This document shows, piece by piece, positions 20,054 through 29,060 of a stretch of 64,000 nt of DNA. The position numbers and the translations under genes are program-made. Origin of the DNA: Verrucomicrobiota bacterium (GTDB lineage Bacteria > Verrucomicrobiota > Verrucomicrobiia > Opitutales > Coraliomargaritaceae); contig JBCBZJ010000004.1 of assembly GCA_039815375.1 (NCBI GenBank), positions 64,001 through 128,000 of the forward strand, given 5' to 3'. Each line of letters starts with the position of its first letter. The first letter of the stretch is position 1. A model generated the notes under the pieces. It worked only from the letters and a program-made list of their open reading frames with translations, had not been told where the DNA came from and made no database searches.

Positions 20054-21085
20054 ATGACTCCTCGCCAACGCTTTCTCGCCGCTGTCCACCAAGACTCCGT
20101 CGACCGTCCTCCGATCTGGTTGATGCGACAAGCCGGTCGTTATTTGCCGGAATACCGTGCCTTGAAAGCGAAGTACGATTTCCTGACCATGGTCAGGAAT
20201 CCCGAGCTTGCCACTGAAGTGACGTTACAGCCACTGAAGCGCTTCCCGCTTGATGCTGCGATTATCTTTTCCGATATCCTCGTGATTCCCGAGGCACTGG
20301 GGCAGGGCTACTATTTCCGTGATCAGGGCGGTATTGGCATGGAATATCTAATCGACAGCCCGGAAAAGATCGAGGCTCTGGACCCGGAGAATATGAGCGA
20401 AAAACTCAAATACGTCGCCGATGCTCTGTCACTGACCCGTTCCAAGCTAGGCGAAGACACCGCTCTACTGGGCTTCTGCGGCTCGCCATGGACGCTTGCC
20501 TGCTACATGGTCGAAGGCGGTTCGGCAAAAGACTTCACTGCAATCAAACAGCTCGCGCTGGGGCAGCCTGAGCAATTCGAGGCCCTGATGCAGAAACTCT
20601 GCACCGCCATCATTGATTACCTTCATATGCAGATCGACGCAGGCGCTGACGCCTTGCAAATCTTCGACTCCTGGGGCTCGATTTGTCCGGCCAGCCATTA
20701 CGAAGCGTGGTCGCTCCGGTGGATTCATCATATCATCAGCGAGCTAAGAGGCCGCGCACCAGTGATCATCTACGCTAAAGGCATGGGTCATAAAGCAGCC
20801 GACCTAATGAACACCGGCGCAAAGGTGATCAGCATCGACTGGACCCAGAGCATCCGTCGCACCCGCCAGAGCATAGGTCACGCCGCCGCTATTCAAGGCA
20901 ACCTCGATCCCGTCGCACTCACGACCACTCCTGAAATCACCCGCCGCGAGACCCAACGCGTGCTGGATGATGCAGGCTCTGAACCTGGATTTATCTTCAA
21001 CCTCGGGCATGGAATGATCCCCAGCGCGAAGGTCGAATGTGTGGAAGCGTTGATGGAAACAATTACTGGTCAGGCTACAGTTTAG
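20054..21085 (+). CDS. hemE: Uroporphyrinogen decarboxylase
   Basis: PIWLMRQAGRYLPEY, DAAIIFSDIL, QIFDSW, QGNLDP, FNLGHG. Confidence 0.97.
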   Translation: MTPRQRFLAAVHQDSVDRPPIWLMRQAGRYLPEYRALKAKYDFLTMVRNPELATEVTLQPLKRFPLDAAIIFSDILVIPEALGQGYYFRDQGGIGMEYLIDSPEKIEALDPENMSEKLKYVADALSLTRSKLGEDTALLGFCGSPWTLACYMVEGGSAKDFTAIKQLALGQPEQFEALMQKLCTAIIDYLHMQIDAGADALQIFDSWGSICPASHYEAWSLRWIHHIISELRGRAPVIIYAKGMGHKAADLMNTGAKVISIDWTQSIRRTRQSIGHAAAIQGNLDPVALTTTPEITRRETQRVLDDAGSEPGFIFNLGHGMIPSAKVECVEALMETITGQATV

Positions 21086-21884
21086 CCAATGCATTATCTT
21101 CCGTAAGCGCAGCCATCTTGGCGGAGAGCGCTTCGACAATGCCCGACTCATCGGTCGGATTAGATGCGATACAATTGACGATTGCACTGCCCACAACCAC
21201 GCCATCAGCAGTCTGTGCCACCGTCCTGACATGATCCGAAGTCGAGATCCCGAAGCCAACAACAACCGGCAGGTCGGTATGCCGCTTAATCAGTTCAACC
21301 TGAGCTGCAATGCCTTCGGACATACTGGCTTGCTCGCCGGTCACACCCTCACGTGAAACGTAGTAAACAAATCCGGTTGTCGCCTGGCAGATTGTCTCGA
21401 GGCGTTCGTCCGGTGTAGTCGGAGCCACGATGTAAATCGTCTTCAGCCCATGCTTTTCACAAGCCGCCAAGTGATCAGCTGATTCTTCGGGAGGCAGATC
21501 AAGTGTAAGCAGGCCGTCAACACCAGCAGCCTTGGCAGACTCGGCATAGGCATCGCTACCCTTGGCAAAGATGAGATTAAAATAAGTATAGAAAACGATT
21601 GGAATCTCACTGAACTCACGAACTCGACGCACCAGCTCCAACACTTTTTCACTCGTCATCCCGCTTTCCAGTGCGCGCTGTGCAGCCAACTGATTCGTCA
21701 AACCGTCCGCCAGTGGATCCGAAAACGGCACACCCAGTTCCAAAATATCAATACCCGAATCAATCAGTGCGCGGCAGGCCTCAACCGAAGTATCCAGATC
21801 CGGATCACCTGCGCATAGATAGGCGACAAAAGCAGCACGACCTTCTGCACGGATATTAGAAAAAGCGTTCTCGATTCGACTCAT
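21075..21884 (-). CDS. trpA: Tryptophan synthase alpha subunit
   Basis: ELGVPFSDPLADG, DLPPEE, YYVSREGVTG, GFGIST, ADGVVVGSA. Confidence 0.97.
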   Translation of the reverse strand: MSRIENAFSNIRAEGRAAFVAYLCAGDPDLDTSVEACRALIDSGIDILELGVPFSDPLADGLTNQLAAQRALESGMTSEKVLELVRRVREFSEIPIVFYTYFNLIFAKGSDAYAESAKAAGVDGLLTLDLPPEESADHLAACEKHGLKTIYIVAPTTPDERLETICQATTGFVYYVSREGVTGEQASMSEGIAAQVELIKRHTDLPVVVGFGISTSDHVRTVAQTADGVVVGSAIVNCIASNPTDESGIVEALSAKMAALTEDNALAKL

Positions 21885-21943
21885 AATTGTGGAAAGTGAG
21901 AGTTGTTTGCTGAATAATCAACCAACAACAGGGCTCGCTCCAA

Positions 21944-23302
21944 TCAGCCGTTCCGCACAAGCGCCTTTTCGATGAGCGGCAGCATCTTGCCCTTACGGAA
22001 GAGCGTGACCTGACCGCTACTTCCGGAAACGACAATGCAGAGGCAGTCAACTGCCTGAGTGATCGCAGCTGCAGCCGCATGTCGACTGCCAAGACCACCG
22101 GGAAGCTCGTGGTTGTAATTCGGAGCGTGAAGCAGGGACCCGGCCGAGACAAGGACACCGTCGCCGCGAATAATGAAAGCACCGTCGATCGAAGAAAGCT
22201 CCTTCACGGTCTCGTCCATGAAAGGATTCAGGATATTGCGATCTTCGTCCTTGTAGCCATAAAATGGATTCAGGATCAGCGGTTTGGAGAATTCAGAAAT
22301 CTTTTCTGCGTTGCCCAGAGTGAAGAGACAACCAACCGGATGACCCTCCCGCCCTTCTACGGCGAGCTCGGTCGCTATCGCCAGCACGCGCTCAATGACC
22401 TCAGGTTTAACACTGGAAGGCAGCATATCAGTCTTCGTCGTCAGCACAGTCTGGAACTCACGTTCGATGTCGACCACCGTAATACTGTCAAACTGGTTAC
22501 TCTGCGGGAGCCCCCCGACACAACAAAGACGATCACTACTGGAAAAAACCCCACGTGTCAGGCCAATCAGTACCGCACTCCGCAATTGAGAAAAGCGCTG
22601 ATTATTGAAAGAGCGAATGGGCAGCACGGCATCGATCTCTTCCCGCTCAGTTGCCGCATCGGAACTGCCGTGTGCAATAAGCACAGTCTTAAAGCCCTTG
22701 AAGTTCTTCCCGACTTCGACACCACCGCCAAAAGTATCACCAAAAACAAGAACGGTTGAACAATGCGCTCCTTTGGCGATCTTGGACGCCTCCTTTAGAA
22801 TAAGATTGTTAAAGCGATTATGCCGACGCTTGGGTTTTTCCGCTTCTCCGCCGAAGACGAGCTTTATCTCACGCCGAAATTCATCGAGCTTTCGAGCGCC
22901 CTCAAGCCGCTCCATGTGGGACTTGTCCTGAAAAACCCGAGCCAGGGAAGCAAGACTGTAAAGGTAGCTGCGGGCGTTCTTCGCTGCGAGTAGAAGGAAA
23001 ACATAGCGTATCTCCTGATACTCCTTCTGGCCGTCATAGTTCAGGCCATTCGGGCATCGACCGACCGCAATCATGTATGGTCGCTTCATCGCCACCCGGG
23101 CGTGAGGGAGACAGACGCCATTACCCAGGTAAGTCGTCATTTGCTTTTCGCGATCGAGCAGATCGTTGAGCAGACGTTTCTTCGACATGCCCTTTTCCTT
23201 TGAAAAATCACAAACTTTCAGCAGCTCAGTAATCGCTCCTTCAAAATCCGTGCTCTCCAAATCAATAACACGACTAAGGGCAATGTAACGGTCGATACGC
23301 AT
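21944..23302 (-). CDS. dacZ: PTS EIIA(type 2)-domain-fused diadenylate cyclase (DacZ/CdaZ-like)
   Basis: N-terminal REKQMTTYLGNGVCLPHAR (EIIA phospho-His motif); C-terminal DAC domain EGREGHPVG, KELSSIDGAFII, GLGSRHAAAAAIT, IVVSGSSG. Confidence 0.85.
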   Translation of the reverse strand: MRIDRYIALSRVIDLESTDFEGAITELLKVCDFSKEKGMSKKRLLNDLLDREKQMTTYLGNGVCLPHARVAMKRPYMIAVGRCPNGLNYDGQKEYQEIRYVFLLLAAKNARSYLYSLASLARVFQDKSHMERLEGARKLDEFRREIKLVFGGEAEKPKRRHNRFNNLILKEASKIAKGAHCSTVLVFGDTFGGGVEVGKNFKGFKTVLIAHGSSDAATEREEIDAVLPIRSFNNQRFSQLRSAVLIGLTRGVFSSSDRLCCVGGLPQSNQFDSITVVDIEREFQTVLTTKTDMLPSSVKPEVIERVLAIATELAVEGREGHPVGCLFTLGNAEKISEFSKPLILNPFYGYKDEDRNILNPFMDETVKELSSIDGAFIIRGDGVLVSAGSLLHAPNYNHELPGGLGSRHAAAAAITQAVDCLCIVVSGSSGQVTLFRKGKMLPLIEKALVRNG

Positions 23303-23398
23303 AGGGTTGTTTAAGCTTCAGCAAAGTGTAATCTGAAAGTGAATACACTTACAAATAAGAGCCTTGCAGAAACTTTCAATAACCAACTTCCGTTCAAA

Positions 23399-23773
23399 CT
23401 AATTCTCCCATTCGATCGCGCCTTTTTTGAGCTCATAAACGAGGCCCAGCACGAGGACGAAGAGAAAAAAGAACACGGGAAGTAGGATAGGTAATTGCAC
23501 CGCTAAAAACTCACGAAAGACCAGCACCCAGGGAATCAGGAAAACCACTTCAATATCGAAGAGAATGAAGAGCATGGCCGTGATATAGAATTTAACCGCG
23601 AACCGGGCGTGGCCCGAACCTTCGGCCAGCATACCGCACTCGTAAGGTGAGTCTTTGATCGCAGTCGGGGTGCCGCGTTGCCCGAACACATGCGAAGCCA
23701 CCAAAATGACTGCTCCCATACCGGAGGCAATGGAGACCTGAACGAGAATCGGATAATAATCTGCAATCGACAT
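23399..23773 (-). CDS. nuoA: NADH-quinone oxidoreductase subunit A
   Basis: KDSPYECG, RFAVKFYITAMLFILFDIE, YELKKGAIEW. Confidence 0.95.
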   Translation of the reverse strand: MSIADYYPILVQVSIASGMGAVILVASHVFGQRGTPTAIKDSPYECGMLAEGSGHARFAVKFYITAMLFILFDIEVVFLIPWVLVFREFLAVQLPILLPVFFFLFVLVLGLVYELKKGAIEWEN

Positions 23774-23896
23774 CTATGTTTGTAAGAAGTGGGCTTTATC
23801 GACGGTGACAAGGCGATTTTATCTTCTTAAGCAATTTTCAAAAAAGCAGATCGGATTTGCCAGATCAGTCGACCAAGCCGATTCTGCTCAGATCTG

Positions 23897-24976
23897 ATGG
23901 TTGAAATCATAACAGATCTTTTCTGGAACACCTGGAGCCTGGTTGCAGTAATGGCACCTTATCTCCTGATTGGCTTTGCCATCGCGGGTCTACTTCACGG
24001 CCTACTTCGAGCCGATTTCATTGATCGCTTTCTGGGCAAACCCGGACTGGGCGGAGTTGTCAACGCCTCGCTCTTCGGTGTTCCGATGCCCTTATGTTCA
24101 TGCTCTGTGATACCGATTGCGGCATCGCTGCGGAAAAGCGGCGCGAGCCGAGGTGCGACAGCTTCTTTCATGAGTTCGACACCACAGACCGGAATCGATA
24201 GCATCATGGCGACCTACTCGCTGCTCGGTGGCGCATTTACACTCGTCCGTGTCGTCGTGGCCTTTATCTGCGGCATTGTCACCGGCTATCTGATCGAACT
24301 CTTCTGTAGGGAAAAGCCGAAGCCCGCCGTCCCGGATATGGCAAACCTAAGCTTCAGCCCAAGCACCGATGCAGTCGACACCGCATCGACCGATTGTTGC
24401 AGCGCGACCAAACCGAAGCGCGATTGGCGCGAATGCCTCCGCTACGGATTCGTAACACTCCCTGGCGATCTTGCTGGAGCACTCCTATTCGGCCTCTTCC
24501 TCGCAGGACTGATCACAACGTTCATAACCGGAGACCTACTCCAGGATTCGATGAGTTCGGGCCCCCTTGCCTTTCTCTTTGCCACACTCATCAGCCTGCC
24601 CCTCTACGTCTGCGCCACAGCATCGATCCCAATGGCCTATGCGCTGATTGCCGCTGGGCTATCTCCGGGTGCAGCACTGGTTTTTCTCATTACAGGCCCG
24701 GCCACAAACACGGCCACAATCGTGACAGTCTGGAAGATGCTTGGGCGTAAAGCCACTGCCATCTATCTCCTCAGCCTACTCGTAATCTCGTGGTTAGCCG
24801 GTGCACTTTTCAATGCATCTCTATCCACTGAACTTTCGGCGATGGCCATGCACCATGATGCGCACGACCACACCACAGCGGGGGAGCATATCAGTGGAAT
24901 TTTGCTGACCGGATTGCTTCTCTTCACCTTTGTGCGGTCTCGCAAAAAGCAGGAAAAGTCCTGCTGCTGCAGCTAA
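23897..24976 (+). CDS. DUF318/SO_0444-type heavy-metal permease
   Basis: GVPMPLCSCSVIP, STPQTGIDS, PLYVCATASIP, FLITGPATN; His-rich segment and C-terminal CCC. Confidence 0.88.
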   Translation: MVEIITDLFWNTWSLVAVMAPYLLIGFAIAGLLHGLLRADFIDRFLGKPGLGGVVNASLFGVPMPLCSCSVIPIAASLRKSGASRGATASFMSSTPQTGIDSIMATYSLLGGAFTLVRVVVAFICGIVTGYLIELFCREKPKPAVPDMANLSFSPSTDAVDTASTDCCSATKPKRDWRECLRYGFVTLPGDLAGALLFGLFLAGLITTFITGDLLQDSMSSGPLAFLFATLISLPLYVCATASIPMAYALIAAGLSPGAALVFLITGPATNTATIVTVWKMLGRKATAIYLLSLLVISWLAGALFNASLSTELSAMAMHHDAHDHTTAGEHISGILLTGLLLFTFVRSRKKQEKSCCCS

Positions 24977-25017
24977 ATTCAATTGCGCGACACGAAGCAG
25001 GCGACCAGCCTGGTAGC

Positions 25018-26004
25018 TTGCAAGGACTATTGGAACAGGTCGAAAGCTACGCCGGTGCATGGACTCCACTTGTTCTTGTCGCCATCTTCCTCGCGAGTTC
25101 GCTGTTGATCATTTGGCGATTGGAGCTGATGTCCCATCGAGGGGTCGGAGGCACTGTATTGGGCACGCTGTTCATGCCCTATTTCTCTGGTCTGGGAAAC
25201 TTGATCTTTATTGCCGTTCTACTTCAACAGAATGGACCAGCGGAAGAAGTCGCGATCAACTCATGGACAAACAACCTGACTAATCTCTGTCTTCTACTCG
25301 CACTCCCTGCCTTGATCTGGGGCCTTGAGTTAAGGCCCGACTCGAAGGCCCAAAAAGCTCAGCGCGAATCCAAACTCCATCGCCTCTCGCTGGGGCTTAC
25401 CCTCGTGGCGATGATATTTTTCACACTCGTGGTCTGGGTGTTGGGCCAGGACGGCGAGCTCGACCGCTTCGACGGGCTGACCCTGGTTGGGCTGTTTCTC
25501 TTTTGGCAGTGCTTCCATATCTTCGAGGTCTTGAAAGAGAATACCCGCGGCAATGCAGGTTGGCACCCGATGATTGTGATCGACGTGGCGCTTATCTTTT
25601 TCGCCAGTATACTCACTCTCTTGGCAGTCGATGGGATTATTAGCGACCTGCTCTCTCGAAATGATGGCTTCCTCAGCAGCAATAAGCTGGGACTACTCAC
25701 TGGCTGGCTGATGGTCCTACCCAATGCGGTGCTCGCTTTCTATTATGGATTCAAAAAACGAAGCGACGTCGTCTACAGCTCGCAAGTCGGAGATGGACAC
25801 ATTTGCATACCGCTCTGTATCGGCATCTTCGCCATTTTCGAGCCCATGCCGCTGCCTGATTTTTTCAAGGACGGCCTTCTACTTTTGGTCTCCATCGCGG
25901 GAGTCCACCTCGTCTGCGTCATCCTGCTGAAAGGGCTACCAAGAATAGTCGCACTAGGGATGATCGCAGTCTACGGCTACGCGATCTACGTGCAGCTCGG
26001 CTAG
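25018..26004 (+). CDS. Divergent cation/Ca2+ exchanger (sodium:calcium antiporter-like)
   Basis: About 10 TM in two halves; alpha-repeat-like GTLFMPYFSGLGN and GLLTGWLMVLPN; DGELDRFDG loop. Confidence 0.7.
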   Translation: MQGLLEQVESYAGAWTPLVLVAIFLASSLLIIWRLELMSHRGVGGTVLGTLFMPYFSGLGNLIFIAVLLQQNGPAEEVAINSWTNNLTNLCLLLALPALIWGLELRPDSKAQKAQRESKLHRLSLGLTLVAMIFFTLVVWVLGQDGELDRFDGLTLVGLFLFWQCFHIFEVLKENTRGNAGWHPMIVIDVALIFFASILTLLAVDGIISDLLSRNDGFLSSNKLGLLTGWLMVLPNAVLAFYYGFKKRSDVVYSSQVGDGHICIPLCIGIFAIFEPMPLPDFFKDGLLLLVSIAGVHLVCVILLKGLPRIVALGMIAVYGYAIYVQLG

Positions 26005-26432
26005 TCTGCATCTATAAAGAGCGGATCGACTGCAAAATGCTGCGTCGCATTCAGAAACTCGCCCTGCGCTTCGAGCCACATCGGATCCTGGGTGATTTCA
26101 TGCATGGATTTCTGAGTGTGGTTACAAAAGAGATAGACCTCAGGGCCAAGGCAAATGTAGGCATCCATACTCGCGCCTTCCCCTTCACGGGTAAAACTAA
26201 ACTCCCCACCGAGCGCTGTTTGATCCTCAGTCAATTCTTTACGAAGGGCAAAAGTGTTATCCGCAAAATCAGCAAGAAACCCACTTTCATTCGGCCCCTG
26301 GTAATGATGCAACTTCAGCCCGCCACCATCCAATCCCACGACCGCCAATTCATCGAAAACCGGCCTGCCGTAGGCCGCATCCAACTTCGAGAATGACTTT
26401 GAAATTTGGGCAATGGCCAACTCGATGTTCAT
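26001..26432 (-). CDS. Hypothetical protein
   Basis: ATG 26432 (MNIELAIAQ…), 40 bp downstream of the fmt stop; protein-like composition. Confidence 0.65.
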   Translation of the reverse strand: MNIELAIAQISKSFSKLDAAYGRPVFDELAVVGLDGGGLKLHHYQGPNESGFLADFADNTFALRKELTEDQTALGGEFSFTREGEGASMDAYICLGPEVYLFCNHTQKSMHEITQDPMWLEAQGEFLNATQHFAVDPLFIDAD

Positions 26433-26472
26433 ACAACTAATAAGTCGGATGCTTTCGTTACGTTCAAGGCCT

Positions 26473-27456
26473 TTATGCCGAATCGGAACGGAGCAATAAC
26501 TCCCCTGAAACACTCGGCAAACGCTCGCCCTGCTTCAATACATAGCCCAACAGAAATTCCCTTACCGGCATCATCTTTCCACCCGGCCTTTGAACCTGGT
26601 AGATCTGCAAAACCCCCTCACCCGTAGCAATATCCAAACTATCTCCGACAGCCAGCACAGTGCCGGGCTCTTCTTTTGCCGGAACCGGTAGCCAACTAAC
26701 CTCACCTATTTTGATTCTAGTATTGCCGTGATCGAAATAGCCACCGGGCCAGGGAGTGAAGGCACGCAGACGGGCATCAATGAATTTCGCGGGAAGTTTG
26801 AAATCGAGAGCCGCATCTTCTTTCGAAATTTTGCGGCAGAAGGTCGCATCATCATGGTCTTGCTCGGAGAACTTCAGCTCGCCGGACAAGGCAGCTTCCA
26901 AATTTCTTTCCAGCAGCGGCACGACGGCTTGGCCGATTTTCGCCCGAACTCCGGTTGCAGTATCCGACTCCTCAATTCGGACCCTCTCGCAATCGGCCAC
27001 GTCGCCAGCATCCATTTCACGAGCAATCTGCATCAGACAGACACCGGTTTCCTCCTCTCCCAGAGCGATAGCGGTCTCCACAGGCGAAGCCCCGCGATAT
27101 GCGGGAAGAATCGAACCGTGAAAATTCATCATGCCATGAGCCGGTGCCTCGCGAAGCGATTTGGGCAGAAAGTGCCCATAGGCCATAACGAAAGCCAGTG
27201 CGACATTCTGTTCGCTAAGATATGCAGCGAGTTCACGCCCCGGCTTTTCAGGCTGCAGCAGGGCAATACCATGACTGGCCGCAAATTCTGCTACAGGATT
27301 TGCTTTTAGTTTCTTACCCCTGCCCTGGCGTCGGTCGGGTTGTGAAACGATTGCCACGATTTCACAAAGACCGGCAGCCTGCTCATGTAAATACGTCAGC
27401 CCCGGCAAGCAGATGGCATCCGACCCGAGATAGGCGATCTTTGGCTTGGATAACAT
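26473..27456 (-). CDS. fmt: Methionyl-tRNA formyltransferase
   Basis: SQPDRRQGRG, MAYGHFL, NFHGSILPAYRGASP, MDAGD, RAFTPWPG. Confidence 0.95.
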   Translation of the reverse strand: MLSKPKIAYLGSDAICLPGLTYLHEQAAGLCEIVAIVSQPDRRQGRGKKLKANPVAEFAASHGIALLQPEKPGRELAAYLSEQNVALAFVMAYGHFLPKSLREAPAHGMMNFHGSILPAYRGASPVETAIALGEEETGVCLMQIAREMDAGDVADCERVRIEESDTATGVRAKIGQAVVPLLERNLEAALSGELKFSEQDHDDATFCRKISKEDAALDFKLPAKFIDARLRAFTPWPGGYFDHGNTRIKIGEVSWLPVPAKEEPGTVLAVGDSLDIATGEGVLQIYQVQRPGGKMMPVREFLLGYVLKQGERLPSVSGELLLRSDSA

Positions 27457-27457
27457 A

Positions 27458-28117
27458 TCAGAGAAGTTCCTGCTGGCCGAGTGATTCACGCGCAGATTCC
27501 GAAGCCGCGCTTTGTAAGATCAACCAACGCAAGCTGGCAGATTCAAGCTCCACTTCATCGAAAAGTCGCGCCAACAGGAGCGCGGAGGCCAGCGCATCGT
27601 AAAGCGCGCAATGGTAGCGTTGGCGCTTGGGAGGACAAAGCGTTTGCGCCTGGGTATCGAGCCTGTCCTGAAGGCCGAAAACAGCGACCAGCTCTTCCAG
27701 ACGGTAGCTGTCCATACCCGGGTAGATTCTACGGTAAAGCATGAGTGTATCCAACCACGGCCCCCAATCCGCCACGAACAATTCAGGTTCGGCAAAGTTT
27801 GGGCAAGTCTTCGGGTAAGGCCAAACCGCTTGAAGCAAGCCCGACTCAACCGCCACGTTGTGCGCACAAAAAGGGCCTTGCTCCCGCAATCCGGAAAAAA
27901 GAGGCCAATCAGAAGTAAAAGACTGAAAGGCGGCAGCCTGCTCTTCACTAATACCGTGCTGAGCACGGTCAAAATCGGAAATAGTGCCGACTGGAGCGCA
28001 GATTCGACTATAGCCGGCCGTGATGCTTTGATTCAGCAAAGTAGCGACTCCATATTCCACGATTCCGCTTTGGCGACTCCCTTCAAAATCGATTACATGG
28101 ATAGGCGTGGAAATCAT
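27458..28117 (-). CDS. DEDDh 3'-5' exonuclease (DnaQ-like)
   Basis: VIDFEG, AHNVAVE, WLDTL, YHCALYDA; start 28117 because the upstream extension is a heptamer repeat. Confidence 0.88.
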   Translation of the reverse strand: MISTPIHVIDFEGSRQSGIVEYGVATLLNQSITAGYSRICAPVGTISDFDRAQHGISEEQAAAFQSFTSDWPLFSGLREQGPFCAHNVAVESGLLQAVWPYPKTCPNFAEPELFVADWGPWLDTLMLYRRIYPGMDSYRLEELVAVFGLQDRLDTQAQTLCPPKRQRYHCALYDALASALLLARLFDEVELESASLRWLILQSAASESARESLGQQELL

Positions 28118-28126
28118 AACTCCCCG

Positions 28127-28168
28127 AACATTCAACATTCGGCGCTGAACCTTCAACATTGAATCTTC
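28127..28168. repeat. Degenerate heptamer tandem repeat (AACATTC)n
   Basis: AACATTC AACATTC GGCGCTG AACCTTC AACATTG AATCTTC in the divergent intergenic region. Confidence 0.65.
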
Positions 28169-28247
28169 TGACCGCAGTATACTCTACGGTTGCAAGAGCT
28201 CCTGAAGACTTCCAACTTTTCAGAAAATAACGCCGACGCATACTATC

Positions 28248-29030
28248 ATGTCCTCACTCACATCCGCTCAAAAAGAAGAGTTTATCGAGTTTATCGCCCA
28301 CCTCTGCGAGGCAGCCGCCGAAGAAATCCTACCTCATTATGGCCCGGATGTTGAAATCGAGCGCAAGTCTGATGCCACTCCAGTGACGATCGCCGACCGC
28401 GGAGCCGAGAAACGCATTCGCGAGATTTTGGCTGAGCGCTATCCCGAGCACGGGATAATCGGAGAAGAATACGGACGCGAACGCGAAGATGCAGAGTTCG
28501 TCTGGGTGCTTGATCCGGTCGACGGCACAAAGTCTTTCATCTCAGGTGTGCCGCTTTTTGCCACGCTCATTGCACTGCTGCATAACGGCCGGCCCGTCAT
28601 CGGCGCCATCAATCAGCCTGTTTTGAAGCAAATGGTGATCGGCGATTGCGAGACGACCACCTTGAACGGCAAACCCGTTTCCGGTCGACCTGCGTGTAAG
28701 CTAAACGAAGCCACCCTCTGCACTACAGACCCAATTAGAGAAAGCCTTTGGCAGAACAATGCCAACTGGTCAGCCTTACCCCCGAAGACTGCGCTCTACC
28801 GCTCGTGGGGAGACGCTGGTGGCTACATCCTTCTTTGCGCCGGTTTTATCGATATCATGACCGACCCACTCATGGAAATCTGGGACTGTGCCGCGATCAT
28901 ACCCTGCCTCGAAGGTGCCGGCATCAAGGCCACAGGCTGGAATGGAGGCGACGCTTTTGATGAGCGCTCGATCATTGCCGCCAAGGAACCTCTACATGAC
29001 GAAGTCATGGCAACGCTGTATTCTCAATAG
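28248..29030 (+). CDS. hisN: Inositol monophosphatase family protein, probable histidinol-phosphatase
   Basis: KSDATPVTIADR, IIGEE, WVLDPVDGTKSFISGVPLFATLI, WGD, IWD. Confidence 0.8.
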   Translation: MSSLTSAQKEEFIEFIAHLCEAAAEEILPHYGPDVEIERKSDATPVTIADRGAEKRIREILAERYPEHGIIGEEYGREREDAEFVWVLDPVDGTKSFISGVPLFATLIALLHNGRPVIGAINQPVLKQMVIGDCETTTLNGKPVSGRPACKLNEATLCTTDPIRESLWQNNANWSALPPKTALYRSWGDAGGYILLCAGFIDIMTDPLMEIWDCAAIIPCLEGAGIKATGWNGGDAFDERSIIAAKEPLHDEVMATLYSQ

Positions 29031-29060
29031 CAGGCAAAGTATATCGACGAAAGCGTTAAC

